A DNA stretch of 64,000 bases from an uncultured Gammaproteobacteria bacterium (GTDB taxonomy: Bacteria > Patescibacteriota > Microgenomatia > 2-02-FULL-39-11): assembly GCA_964354025.1 (NCBI GenBank), contig CAYGXQ010000004.1, forward strand, positions 10,239 to 74,238, written 5' to 3'. Below, piece by piece: positions 56,363-64,000 of the stretch (the first letter of the stretch is position 1; each line of letters starts with the position of its first letter). The position numbers and the translations under genes were made by a program. The notes beneath the pieces are model-generated. The model was given only the letters and a program-made list of their open reading frames with translations. It searched no databases and was not told the origin of the DNA.

Positions 56363-58375
56363 TCATTTTACAAAGAGGAGTCTATATTCTTCCGCCGTCA
56401 TAGGCTTGACTTTCTTATAGATCCTAATCACCGGATGATCAAAGACGGTATACGTCTCCTCAGCCTGTTCATCCGGAAGCGTCCAGCGTAAAGCGTTAAG
56501 CGTTAAGCTGGGGAAAGAACTGAACTCGGCCACTTTTTCAAACCCTAGGTTACCGGAGAAAAGAAGCCGGTAATATTTGGCTAAGCGGGGATATTTGGTC
56601 AGAATCTTCGGATGATTGGCAAAAAGCCGGCGGGAGGGGATGAAAATATAATCGGCTTTCTCCAGATGGGTGAAAAGCTGGTCAAAAATCGCCGGATTTT
56701 CGTCCATATGATAAAAATCAAAAGAGATGACCGGTACATTATTCCATTTTTCCGAAAGTGGTCGGTCCGGATCATCATTAAGAAGACCAAGAGGGATATC
56801 CACAACGTTTGCTGTTTCAGAAAGGACATAGGAATTACCGGGAATATTTCTATAGATCCAGCGGGAGGCAGTCAACCGGCTGTCTTCGCTGGCATAGATA
56901 GACATGAAAGCGACCCCTGGTAAAAAGCTCAAAAAGCAAAACGCAAAGATCAAAAATTTAATAAGTGGTCGGGATGATAGGAACTGATAGAATTTATACA
57001 AGAGATACCCTGCAAAAATATAGAAGAAAGCAAATATCGGTGTCATGAATCTGGTCCATTTGGCGAAAAGAAAAGCGTTGGGGATAAAGTAAATTAAAAA
57101 TGAAACCGTTATGATAAATAATAATAGAAACTCGTTCCGTTTCGTATTCTTTGTATAATTTGAAATTTGAGTTTTGAAATTTTTATTAAATTTGAAAATT
57201 TTTAATTTGAATTTTGATTGAAAATTGAAAATTGAAAATTGAAATTTTTTTCCTAGATCAATAATAAAAATAACAACTGTAATTAGAAACCCAAGGGAAC
57301 CAAGAATAAATACCGGCCATCCAAGCGTATATGGAAATACCTTTTGTGCCTGAAAGACAATCGGGACGGTATTGACAAACTGCCTGGTATAAAAAGCTTC
57401 GTACCGGCCGGTGGCCACATCGCTTTCGTAGCCGAAGACCGCGCTTTTGAAGCTTTCTTTTTCCACCAGATTATACGGAGAGGAAACGGCGGTGAAGAAG
57501 AGGGAACCGGCAAGTAATAATAATCCAATAATCAAATAAACCCCTGCCTGCCGGCAGGCAGGCAATAACCCAATCAGCCAATTTTTCCTCTTTTTTTTAA
57601 AAAATATAAATAATTGCATCATAATTGCCAAACCGGGCGGGACGAAAAAGAATAAACCGGTGAATTTGGAGCCGAAAGCCAGGCCGATGGTTAAAGATAA
57701 AAGTATTAAGTATTTAGTATTAAGTATTAGGTATTTTCGGAAAGATTTTTTAAGTGGATTTTCTAATAATTTCATTGAAAGATATATAGAGGAGAGGAAG
57801 AAGTAAGAGAGTAAAGATTCGGTGGTGCCGAAGTGGGCCGCCTGGATGAGTCCCGGAGAAAAAGAACTGGCAAGGGCGGCTAAGAGGCCAAATTTGAGAC
57901 CCGTCAATTTCCTGGTAATCAGATAAACGAGATAAACGGAAGCAACCGAAGAGAAGGCTGACCAGAAACGCAGCCAAAAGATGGCCGCCGGGAAATTGGT
58001 GGCAAAAGCTTCACGGTCATCCATTATTTGAGCTGAATAAATGTTGAAAACAGGTTTTGTCACCTGGTTGGAAAGATAGGCCAGATAGAGAGGGAATTGG
58101 CCGTAGGCGAAAAAATGGGGATTAAGGCTGCATAAATTAGCGTCTAGCGGATAGCGTTTAGCGTCTAGCTGGTAAGGAAAGAATTGAGATTTTAGACAAG
58201 TGGAGATAGAGGATAGATTTTTGGGAAGGCGAAACTGCATGATTGCACCGGCCATATTGCGTTCGTCTGGGTCAAAAAAATACGGATAATCGCGCATCAG
58301 GTTATAGAAGCGGAGAAAGCAGGAAATAATTATAATAGCTATTAAAAATAGTTTTATTTTCTTTAATATTTTCAT
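56363..58375 (-). CDS. GT-C-fold membrane glycosyltransferase-like protein (paralog)
   Basis: 670 aa with an FFDPDERN loop motif and C-terminal NLGFEKVAEFSSFP…ETYTVFDHP paralogous to 54414-56348. Contains in-frame simple repeats (gaaaatt x n; taagtatt x n) and an in-frame TAGCGTCTAG element. Confidence 0.45.
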   Translation of the reverse strand: MKILKKIKLFLIAIIIISCFLRFYNLMRDYPYFFDPDERNMAGAIMQFRLPKNLSSISTCLKSQFFPYQLDAKRYPLDANLCSLNPHFFAYGQFPLYLAYLSNQVTKPVFNIYSAQIMDDREAFATNFPAAIFWLRFWSAFSSVASVYLVYLITRKLTGLKFGLLAALASSFSPGLIQAAHFGTTESLLSYFFLSSIYLSMKLLENPLKKSFRKYLILNTKYLILLSLTIGLAFGSKFTGLFFFVPPGLAIMMQLFIFFKKKRKNWLIGLLPACRQAGVYLIIGLLLLAGSLFFTAVSSPYNLVEKESFKSAVFGYESDVATGRYEAFYTRQFVNTVPIVFQAQKVFPYTLGWPVFILGSLGFLITVVIFIIDLGKKFQFSIFNFQSKFKLKIFKFNKNFKTQISNYTKNTKRNEFLLLFIITVSFLIYFIPNAFLFAKWTRFMTPIFAFFYIFAGYLLYKFYQFLSSRPLIKFLIFAFCFLSFLPGVAFMSIYASEDSRLTASRWIYRNIPGNSYVLSETANVVDIPLGLLNDDPDRPLSEKWNNVPVISFDFYHMDENPAIFDQLFTHLEKADYIFIPSRRLFANHPKILTKYPRLAKYYRLLFSGNLGFEKVAEFSSFPSLTLNALRWTLPDEQAEETYTVFDHPVIRIYKKVKPMTAEEYRLLFVK

Positions 58376-58406
58376 TAAAATTAAAACATGACTTACGTAA
58401 TTTTAT

Positions 58407-58505
58407 GTCATTGCGAGGCTAAGAGCCGAAGCAATCCCGTTGGGCAAACTGGTATCCTACGGGATCGCCACGCTCTCCGCCAGCTGGCGGATCGCTCGCG
58501 ATGAC
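58407..58505. repeat. palindromic dispersed element, copy E, intergenic
   Basis: GTCATTGCGAGGCTAAGAGCCGAAGCAATCCCGTTGGGCAAACTGGTATCCTACGGGATCGCCACGCTCTCCGCCAGCTGGCGGATCGCTCGCGATGAC. Roughly 90% identical to copy C in the outer blocks. Confidence 0.7.
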
Positions 58506-58517
58506 AAATAACCAATT

Positions 58518-59438
58518 TCAGAGGACATATAGGATGGTAATGATTATTACTCCCCAACAACCCATGGAAACAATTAAAGGAATATCAGTTGTCACGATCT
58601 TTTCCGGTTGTTCCGCATCGGCTCCGCTGTAGGCCAGTTGGGCGTAGCGCATGAGGATGTAGATGATAAAAGGGATAGTGATTATCATCCATTTCCGATC
58701 CACTGCTTGAGGCATGACGGTTATCAGGAAATCTTTGACGGGTGTATTGAATTGCGGCGGCTCCTCAAGAAAAGCAAAAAGTGAATAAGCGATGATCGAA
58801 GCTGATCCGAACATGGAAGTATAAAAATCCAAAAGCCTTTCCTGATACTGGAAGAGAGCCGGTCTGGTTTTTGAGCCTTCCCGCAGCAGTTCGGCGTGCC
58901 TTTTTGTGGCGGCAATAAAGATAGCGATAAAAATAATGGTCAAAGACAGCCAGAAGGGGAGGTGGAAGCCGGTCAGGATTTCGCCGGCAAAAGCCCTAAG
59001 CGTGAAAGAGAAAGAGATGCTTAAGATATCCAAAATAGCGTATTTTTTGAAAACCAGCGAATAGAGAACATGGAGAAGGATAAAGGAAAAAGCAATCATA
59101 AAAAAACCGGGCGAAATAAGGATTGCGGAAAGCAGGGCAAAAAGGGCTAAAAGGAAGGCAATTTCAACAGCCGTGTTCAAAGGCAAGTCGCCTGAGGCAA
59201 GCGGCCTTTTTTTCTTGAGGGGGTGAAGCCGGTCGTATTTTAAGTCGATAATGTCGTTGAAAAGATACGAGGATGAAGAAAGGGCGCAAAAGATAAAAAA
59301 TCCGGATAAGGTATGCAATAGATAAGGACCGTCAAAAATTTTGCCGTTGAAGATTATTGCCGCAAAAAGGATCAGGTTCTTGATCCACTGGTTTGGCCGC
59401 AAAGCTTTGAATAAAATCCGCCAGTTTAACAAATTCAT
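58518..59438 (-). CDS. UbiA-family prenyltransferase (decaprenyl-phosphate phosphoribosyltransferase-like)
   Basis: NDIIDLKYDRLHPLKKKRPLASG matches the NDxxDxxxD UbiA motif and resembles the DPPR-synthase subfamily. ~8 TM. Confidence 0.7.
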   Translation of the reverse strand: MNLLNWRILFKALRPNQWIKNLILFAAIIFNGKIFDGPYLLHTLSGFFIFCALSSSSYLFNDIIDLKYDRLHPLKKKRPLASGDLPLNTAVEIAFLLALFALLSAILISPGFFMIAFSFILLHVLYSLVFKKYAILDILSISFSFTLRAFAGEILTGFHLPFWLSLTIIFIAIFIAATKRHAELLREGSKTRPALFQYQERLLDFYTSMFGSASIIAYSLFAFLEEPPQFNTPVKDFLITVMPQAVDRKWMIITIPFIIYILMRYAQLAYSGADAEQPEKIVTTDIPLIVSMGCWGVIIITILYVL

Positions 59439-59478
59439 ATTAGTTTAGTAGTTATGCAATGAATGTTGATTTAGATTT

Positions 59479-59517
59479 GTCATTGCGATCCGCCGGCTGG
59501 CGGAGAAGCAATCCCGT
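59479..59517. repeat. palindromic dispersed element, copy F (truncated 5' half)
   Basis: GTCATTGCGATCCGCCGGCTGGCGGAGAAGCAATCCCGT, then unrelated sequence. Confidence 0.5.
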
Positions 59518-59585
59518 CCGAGATTGCCTAAGCCCTGTCAGTTCTTATTTTAAGTGACGGTCATTTGAATATCAACCTGGATTAG

Positions 59586-59660
59586 CTATTAGTCGTTAGC
59601 TTTTAGTCTTTAGCAATCTGATGTTACTAATGACCAACGACAAACAACTAAAGACCAATA
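59586..59660. repeat. GTCGTTAGC/TTTAGTC palindromic element
   Basis: TTAGCTATTAGTCGTTAGCTTTTAGTCTTTAGCAA…CTAAAGACCAA. A related copy lies at 63261-63372 downstream of rho, and a fragment sits in-frame in the GT2 gene (53865-53896). Confidence 0.55.
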
Positions 59661-60916
59661 ATTTTTGATACTTCATCGCCTAATTCTATAGCGTAATTCG
59701 TCCCCCTGTCCCAGGGATAAACCATATCCATATTGGCCAGATAAACGTCTTGGATAGGGGTAACGAAATCTGGTTTGGTTTTTGAATAATTGACGGAGAA
59801 AACCGGTTGGGCGGAGGGGGAACGGAATAGTTGTAGGCCCGCCTTCGCTAAAGCTTCAGAGGGTAAATTGGGATTTATTTTTTTTAAATAGGGTAAATAG
59901 AGCTTGAAAAGTTGCTCTTTGGACATTGCCAGATACGGGTGGTCGTCGGGTAAATAGTTGCCGACGTAGGTTAAATGTTTGTTGCCGTAATATTTTTTAT
60001 CAACCAAATTGGTTTGCTGGATGACGGAGATAAAGGGAAACTGCCGGTCATTGATGTTCAGCCAGTAAGTCTCCGGCAGGATTTTTTCTGCTACGATAAT
60101 CAGCAGAGTGAGGGCGGTCAGGTGGGGGATGGAGCTTAGTTGTTTCTTATAGCTTGCCGGGAGCCGGGGATAGAGTTTTATAAATTCGCCGGACGGGGCA
60201 GTAAAAATAATTTTGTCAAACTCTGCCGTGTTTGCCGGGTGAAAAGGAGTATTAAAGAGAACTTTGGCGCCATTATTGGTGATATTTTTCACCAATGTAT
60301 CGAGAAAAGTTTGGTATCCGCCTGACAGATAAACCAACTTCATGGTCCTTTTTTTGATTCTCGCCCAAAACCAGGCCATGTTTACCAGTTTTGCGAATCC
60401 GCCGGCCGGCGGACCGAATTTACCGTCAAAAAGCGGTTTCCAGATGACCCGGAAAGCATCCCGGCCGTAATATTTCTCAACGGTTTGATATGCCGTTTCT
60501 TTTTCCAAAGATAGGCCGGTCTTTTTCGGCAGTAATTTGAGATATAAGGTAGCCAGACCGGTCCGAAGACGGTTGGGAAAACTGATTGGGGAAAAGGCGA
60601 GCACATGAGCTGGTGTATTGAATGGATAGATACGGCCGTGATAATAAATTGCCGTTTGTGTTTTGGAAAAAATGATAAGATCAGACAGTTGCAGTTCTTC
60701 CAGCAATCTCATTGTCGAAACATCGTTGGTAAACCAGTGGTGATAATGCTGTTCAACCGGCCATGTCCATGAGGGGAGCTTAAAGGTAGCCGAAAGTCCG
60801 CCGGCAAATTTTTCTTTTTCAAAAACGGTGACTTTGTGATGTCTTGACAGTTTAAAAGCGGCGGTAAGTCCGGTAAAGCCGGCACCAATGATGGCAATTT
60901 TCAAAGGACTCGTCAT
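59648..60916 (-). CDS. Rossmann-fold FAD/NAD(P)-binding oxidoreductase (amine-oxidase/UDP-galactopyranose-mutase-like)
   Basis: The N-terminal KIAIIGAGFTGLTAAFKL…FEKEKFAGG is a dinucleotide-binding GxGxxG…E…GG pattern. Contains an in-frame CCGCCGGCCGGCGG palindrome (60399-60412; FGPPAGGF). Confidence 0.55.
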   Translation of the reverse strand: MTSPLKIAIIGAGFTGLTAAFKLSRHHKVTVFEKEKFAGGLSATFKLPSWTWPVEQHYHHWFTNDVSTMRLLEELQLSDLIIFSKTQTAIYYHGRIYPFNTPAHVLAFSPISFPNRLRTGLATLYLKLLPKKTGLSLEKETAYQTVEKYYGRDAFRVIWKPLFDGKFGPPAGGFAKLVNMAWFWARIKKRTMKLVYLSGGYQTFLDTLVKNITNNGAKVLFNTPFHPANTAEFDKIIFTAPSGEFIKLYPRLPASYKKQLSSIPHLTALTLLIIVAEKILPETYWLNINDRQFPFISVIQQTNLVDKKYYGNKHLTYVGNYLPDDHPYLAMSKEQLFKLYLPYLKKINPNLPSEALAKAGLQLFRSPSAQPVFSVNYSKTKPDFVTPIQDVYLANMDMVYPWDRGTNYAIELGDEVSKIIGL

Positions 60917-61335
60917 TCTATGATTTGGGCAGTCGGGATATTGGAGATAACAGTATTGCTTTCCGTATCGGTAGCAGTGAATTTTACAATCCCTTTAACC
61001 GGTGAAGTGACGGTGAATTGCGCCTGGCCGATATTATCCGTCGTTTGAGTGTCTGATGGTTTGATTATGACATCGGAAGATGAAGCGGCCAGTTTCACCA
61101 ATCTATTGGGAATGACAGAGCCATTTACGTCACGGACATAAACAGAAACCCTGATACCCGTGCCAGCACTACCGACTTGCGGAAAAACCACTCCGAATGA
61201 TTTAAGCGGTGAGGGAGTGACATTTCTGGCCCGTAGGATTCCTGAAAGCGGTTGATTGAGAGTCAGAGCGGCGATACCGATGATGAAAAGAAGAAAAAAG
61301 AGTCCTGCTAAAGTGACAAAAGTTTTGTCTTTCAC
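60913..61335 (-). CDS. membrane-anchored hypothetical protein (beta-rich, Ig/CarboxypepD_reg-like?)
   Basis: 140 aa, N-terminal TM, Ser/Thr/Val-rich body. Overlaps the start of the upstream gene by 4 bp. Confidence 0.3.
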   Translation of the reverse strand: MKDKTFVTLAGLFFLLFIIGIAALTLNQPLSGILRARNVTPSPLKSFGVVFPQVGSAGTGIRVSVYVRDVNGSVIPNRLVKLAASSSDVIIKPSDTQTTDNIGQAQFTVTSPVKGIVKFTATDTESNTVISNIPTAQIIE

Positions 61336-61872
61336 GCGTATTTCCTCCTGTTTTTGATTTTCCCATTACTCTGAACCGTTGTCAATAACTATCAAGACTT
61401 GACAAAAGGGGTATATTTTTGTCACACTGAAACTGCCCTTCGGGCTGGAAAGGCTAAACGGGAGTTATTTTTCCTCTACAACCTTTCGAAGTGGGTAATC
61501 TCCCGATTTATTCGGGGGTGAAAGGGTTAAAGTATCTGCGATTCTGCGGAATCTTGATCTACCCTCCCATTAAAACTTCGGGGAAAAATCCCGTTTTGGC
61601 CGCCTTTTCGAAGGGCAATATTTTTACTCTCCTTCGCCAGAAATGGCGTTAAGGAGAGTTATCCCACGTAGCTTTAGCGAAGTGGGATAGGCTTCGGAGA
61701 GTGACCCAAGGTAGGTATATATACAGAAATTTAGAACAGGAATATGTCACCATTGACAAAAGGAAAAAAATTTGGTTAAATACAAGACAGCAAATCAGTT
61801 ATTCCTCATTGATATTTCTTTACATAAAAAACAGAAAAAATATCCCACGAATGGTAATTCAATGAGAAAATT

Positions 61873-63258
61873 ATGCCGATAAGAACAAAAATATCAGCCG
61901 ATAAACCGTTAAGTGTAGATGATCTGATTGGTCTTCCACAGACACCAGTCAAGGAGCAGGTAAAGCCGTCTGTTTCTACCGTTCCTACTGTTCCTACCAT
62001 TTCAACTGCGTCTTCTGTGCCGGCACCATTTGTGCCTGGTTTAGTTTCTTCACCTTCACCGGCAACGGTAAATAATACAGCGGTTATTACTCCGGTAAAC
62101 AATAACCTGCCGGCTAACGGCGGGTTTGACCGTTATAATGCCGTGCCTGCCGTGGTAAAGACGGTTTCCGGTATTTTGGATATCATGCCGGAAGGACACG
62201 GCTTTTTACGGCCAAAGTTTGTGCCTGGGGAAGGGGATATCTACATTTCCCAATCACAAATCCGTAAATTTCAACTGCGAGACGGCGACAAAGTCGAAGG
62301 CCAGGCCAGGCTTCCAAAGGAGAATGAACGGTATCTTGGACTCTTGAAAGTAGAAAAGGTTAATGATATGTCGGCCGATAATTCAGTAAAAAGGCCGCAT
62401 TTTGATGATTTGACGCCGATTTATCCCAAAGAACAGGTGAAGATGGAAACAGGCAAAATCCCGATTTCCACCAGAATGATTGATCTTTTAGCCCCGATCG
62501 GTTTCGGCCAGCGGGGACTGATCGTTTCGCCGCCAAAAGCGGGAAAGACGACGATCCTTAAAGAAATTGCTCATGGGATTTCAGAAAATTATCCCAAAGT
62601 CCACCTGATGGCGGTTCTTATCGGTGAACGGCCGGAAGAGGTGACGGATATAAGCCATTCCGTCAAAGGGGAAGTGGTTGCCAGCAATTTCGATGAAGCG
62701 CCCGAAGCTCAGACCCGAGTGGCAGAGGTAGCGCTTGATCGGGCAAAGCGGATGACGGAGCTGGGGGCAGATGTGGTGATTCTTCTTGACTCGATTACCC
62801 GGCTTGCCCGGGCATATAATCTATGCGTTAACCCATCAGGCCGTACGCTTTCCGGCGGTTTTGACCCGGCCGCTTTATATCCGGCCAAACGGTTTTTGGG
62901 AGCCGCCCGCAAATGTGAACAGGGCGGCAGCCTGACGATATTAGGGACGACTTTGGTGGAGACCGGGTCACGGATGGATGATCTTATCTACGAAGAATTC
63001 AAAGGAACCGGCAATATGGAACTTCACCTTTCCCGCTCACTGCAGGAACAGCGGATTTTTCCGGCCATTGACGTGGATAAATCCGGTACCCGTCATGAAG
63101 AGTTGTTATTGACCCCCGCAAATTTAAAGAGAATTGTCACCATGAGACACATGTTGTCCCTTCTGAGTGAAGGACAGGAAAGAACATCTACCATTATTGA
63201 GCGTCTTCTCAAAACCCGCAGTAATAAAGAATTCCTTGACAGCCTGCACCAGGGATAG
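61873..63258 (+). CDS. rho: transcription termination factor Rho (with Ser/Pro/Thr/Val-rich N-terminal extension)
   Basis: RNA-binding domain (MPEGHGFLRPKFVPGEGDIYIS), P-loop GQRGLIVSPPKAGKTT, and Q/R-loop regions. ~80-aa low-complexity N-terminal insertion. Confidence 0.9.
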   Translation: MPIRTKISADKPLSVDDLIGLPQTPVKEQVKPSVSTVPTVPTISTASSVPAPFVPGLVSSPSPATVNNTAVITPVNNNLPANGGFDRYNAVPAVVKTVSGILDIMPEGHGFLRPKFVPGEGDIYISQSQIRKFQLRDGDKVEGQARLPKENERYLGLLKVEKVNDMSADNSVKRPHFDDLTPIYPKEQVKMETGKIPISTRMIDLLAPIGFGQRGLIVSPPKAGKTTILKEIAHGISENYPKVHLMAVLIGERPEEVTDISHSVKGEVVASNFDEAPEAQTRVAEVALDRAKRMTELGADVVILLDSITRLARAYNLCVNPSGRTLSGGFDPAALYPAKRFLGAARKCEQGGSLTILGTTLVETGSRMDDLIYEEFKGTGNMELHLSRSLQEQRIFPAIDVDKSGTRHEELLLTPANLKRIVTMRHMLSLLSEGQERTSTIIERLLKTRSNKEFLDSLHQG

Positions 63259-63384
63259 ATTTGCTATTGGTCGTTAGTCATTGATCTTTAGTCAAGTTGT
63301 TTGCATTTTTCTAACATTTCTCTATACTTCTTTTCTATAAACCTTATAGCTAACGACTAAAAGCTAACGACACTCAGTTAAAAT

Positions 63385-64000
63385 ATGCAAATAATAAATA
63401 AATGGGAACCATATAAAGAAAAGCTTCAGGAATTCATAAAAGATCTTGGTGACTGGCTCTATTTTCTTTTCCTCTTCAGCCGAAAACGGATAATCATTGG
63501 TGCCGTGCATTTTGAAAAAAGCAAGGATGTTTTAGTTGACATCTTGCTGGTAAAAAGAGGCCGCTACAGCAAACATTTTTTAAATATTTCCTTTCTTTTT
63601 ATTGTCGCCGGGGCAATTGTCGGCGGTCCGGTGATTGCCGAATATTACCCGACCGTCCAAAGAGATAGTGAAAATCCGGCTGACTACAGCGATATGATAC
63701 CGGTTCTTTCACAGGAAGATTTAAATACCACCACAGTTGTATCAGACAAGCCGCGTTTTGACATTATTGATTACGAGGTTGTCAGTGGGGATACTTTAGG
63801 TTCGATTGCCGATAAATTCGGCATTTCCATCGATACGATCAAATGGGCAAACAGCTTGAAGACGGAAAAACTGATTCCCGGCCAGACCCTTCGTATCCCT
63901 CCGGTCACCGGTATCGTCCATAAAGTCGTGCCTGGTGATACGATCTATTCTTTGGCCAAAAAATACAAGTCTGACTCGCAAAAAGTCGTCAATTTTCCCG
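63385..64000 (+). CDS. LysM-domain protein (5' partial; probably a peptidoglycan hydrolase)
   Basis: Open frame from ATG 63385 to the window edge. N-terminal TM, then two LysM repeats (DYEVVSGDTLGSIADKFGISIDTIKWANSL and HKVVPGDTIYSLAKKY). Confidence 0.55.
   Translation, partial: MQIINKWEPYKEKLQEFIKDLGDWLYFLFLFSRKRIIIGAVHFEKSKDVLVDILLVKRGRYSKHFLNISFLFIVAGAIVGGPVIAEYYPTVQRDSENPADYSDMIPVLSQEDLNTTTVVSDKPRFDIIDYEVVSGDTLGSIADKFGISIDTIKWANSLKTEKLIPGQTLRIPPVTGIVHKVVPGDTIYSLAKKYKSDSQKVVNFP

Noticed and set aside
45169-59517. CRISPR array
   Set aside because: The repeats are self-complementary elements scattered at irregular intervals and embedded in genes, not a regular repeat-spacer array. No cas genes are present.
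61381-61860. RNase P RNA
   Set aside because: Only a 12-nt GGGUGAAAGGGU match. I could not find the P4-forming CR-I (GGAAAGUCCGGGC) or CR-V (ACAGAANCCGGCUUA) elements on either strand. Left as an unclassified structured leader/ncRNA.

Overview
This 64-kb window looks like a stretch from a small, AT-rich bacterial genome. Gene content, a 23S rRNA that appears to lack some helices, an N-terminally extended Rho and many glycosyltransferases suggest a CPR/Patescibacteria-like organism; this is inference only.

Housekeeping genes that can be read directly from motifs:
- pth, trxB (CATC), an RsmB-type m5C methyltransferase, and the ruvC-ruvA-ruvB operon
- pyruvate phosphate dikinase, GTP-PEPCK, a class I/II aminotransferase, gdhA, a DsbA-like oxidoreductase
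- rpsA, radA, rho and a LysM protein (partial at the window end)
- a 23S-5S rRNA unit preceded by tRNA-Ala(UGC), with no 16S

From about 41.9 to 60.9 kb there is a cell-envelope glycosylation locus: a DUF2298 'YYY' membrane protein, GT4, GT2 (DPM1-like), two pairs of paralogous GT-C-like membrane proteins, a UbiA-family prenyltransferase, a Rossmann FAD/NAD oxidoreductase and a SAM methyltransferase.

Accessory content is dense:
- Five type II toxin-antitoxin modules (3 VapBC-like, 2 BrnTA paralogs).
- A radical-SAM/SPASM enzyme with an N-terminal RRE, translationally coupled to a 63-aa Cys-terminated small ORF, next to a divergent 1308-aa GNAT-domain giant protein.
- Three small cargo islets (BrnTA plus two unknown genes; Fic-MerR; a COG1373 ATPase), each sitting at the 3' end of a host gene and followed by an imperfect 31-42 bp duplicate of that gene's 3' end.
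- At least three families of short palindromic dispersed repeats (a ~100-bp GTCATTGCGAG...CCGCCAGCTGGCGG...CTCGCGATGAC element, a TAGCGTCTAG element, a GTCGTTAGC/TTTAGTC element), several inserted in-frame inside protein-coding genes.

No CRISPR array, transposase or integrase is visible.
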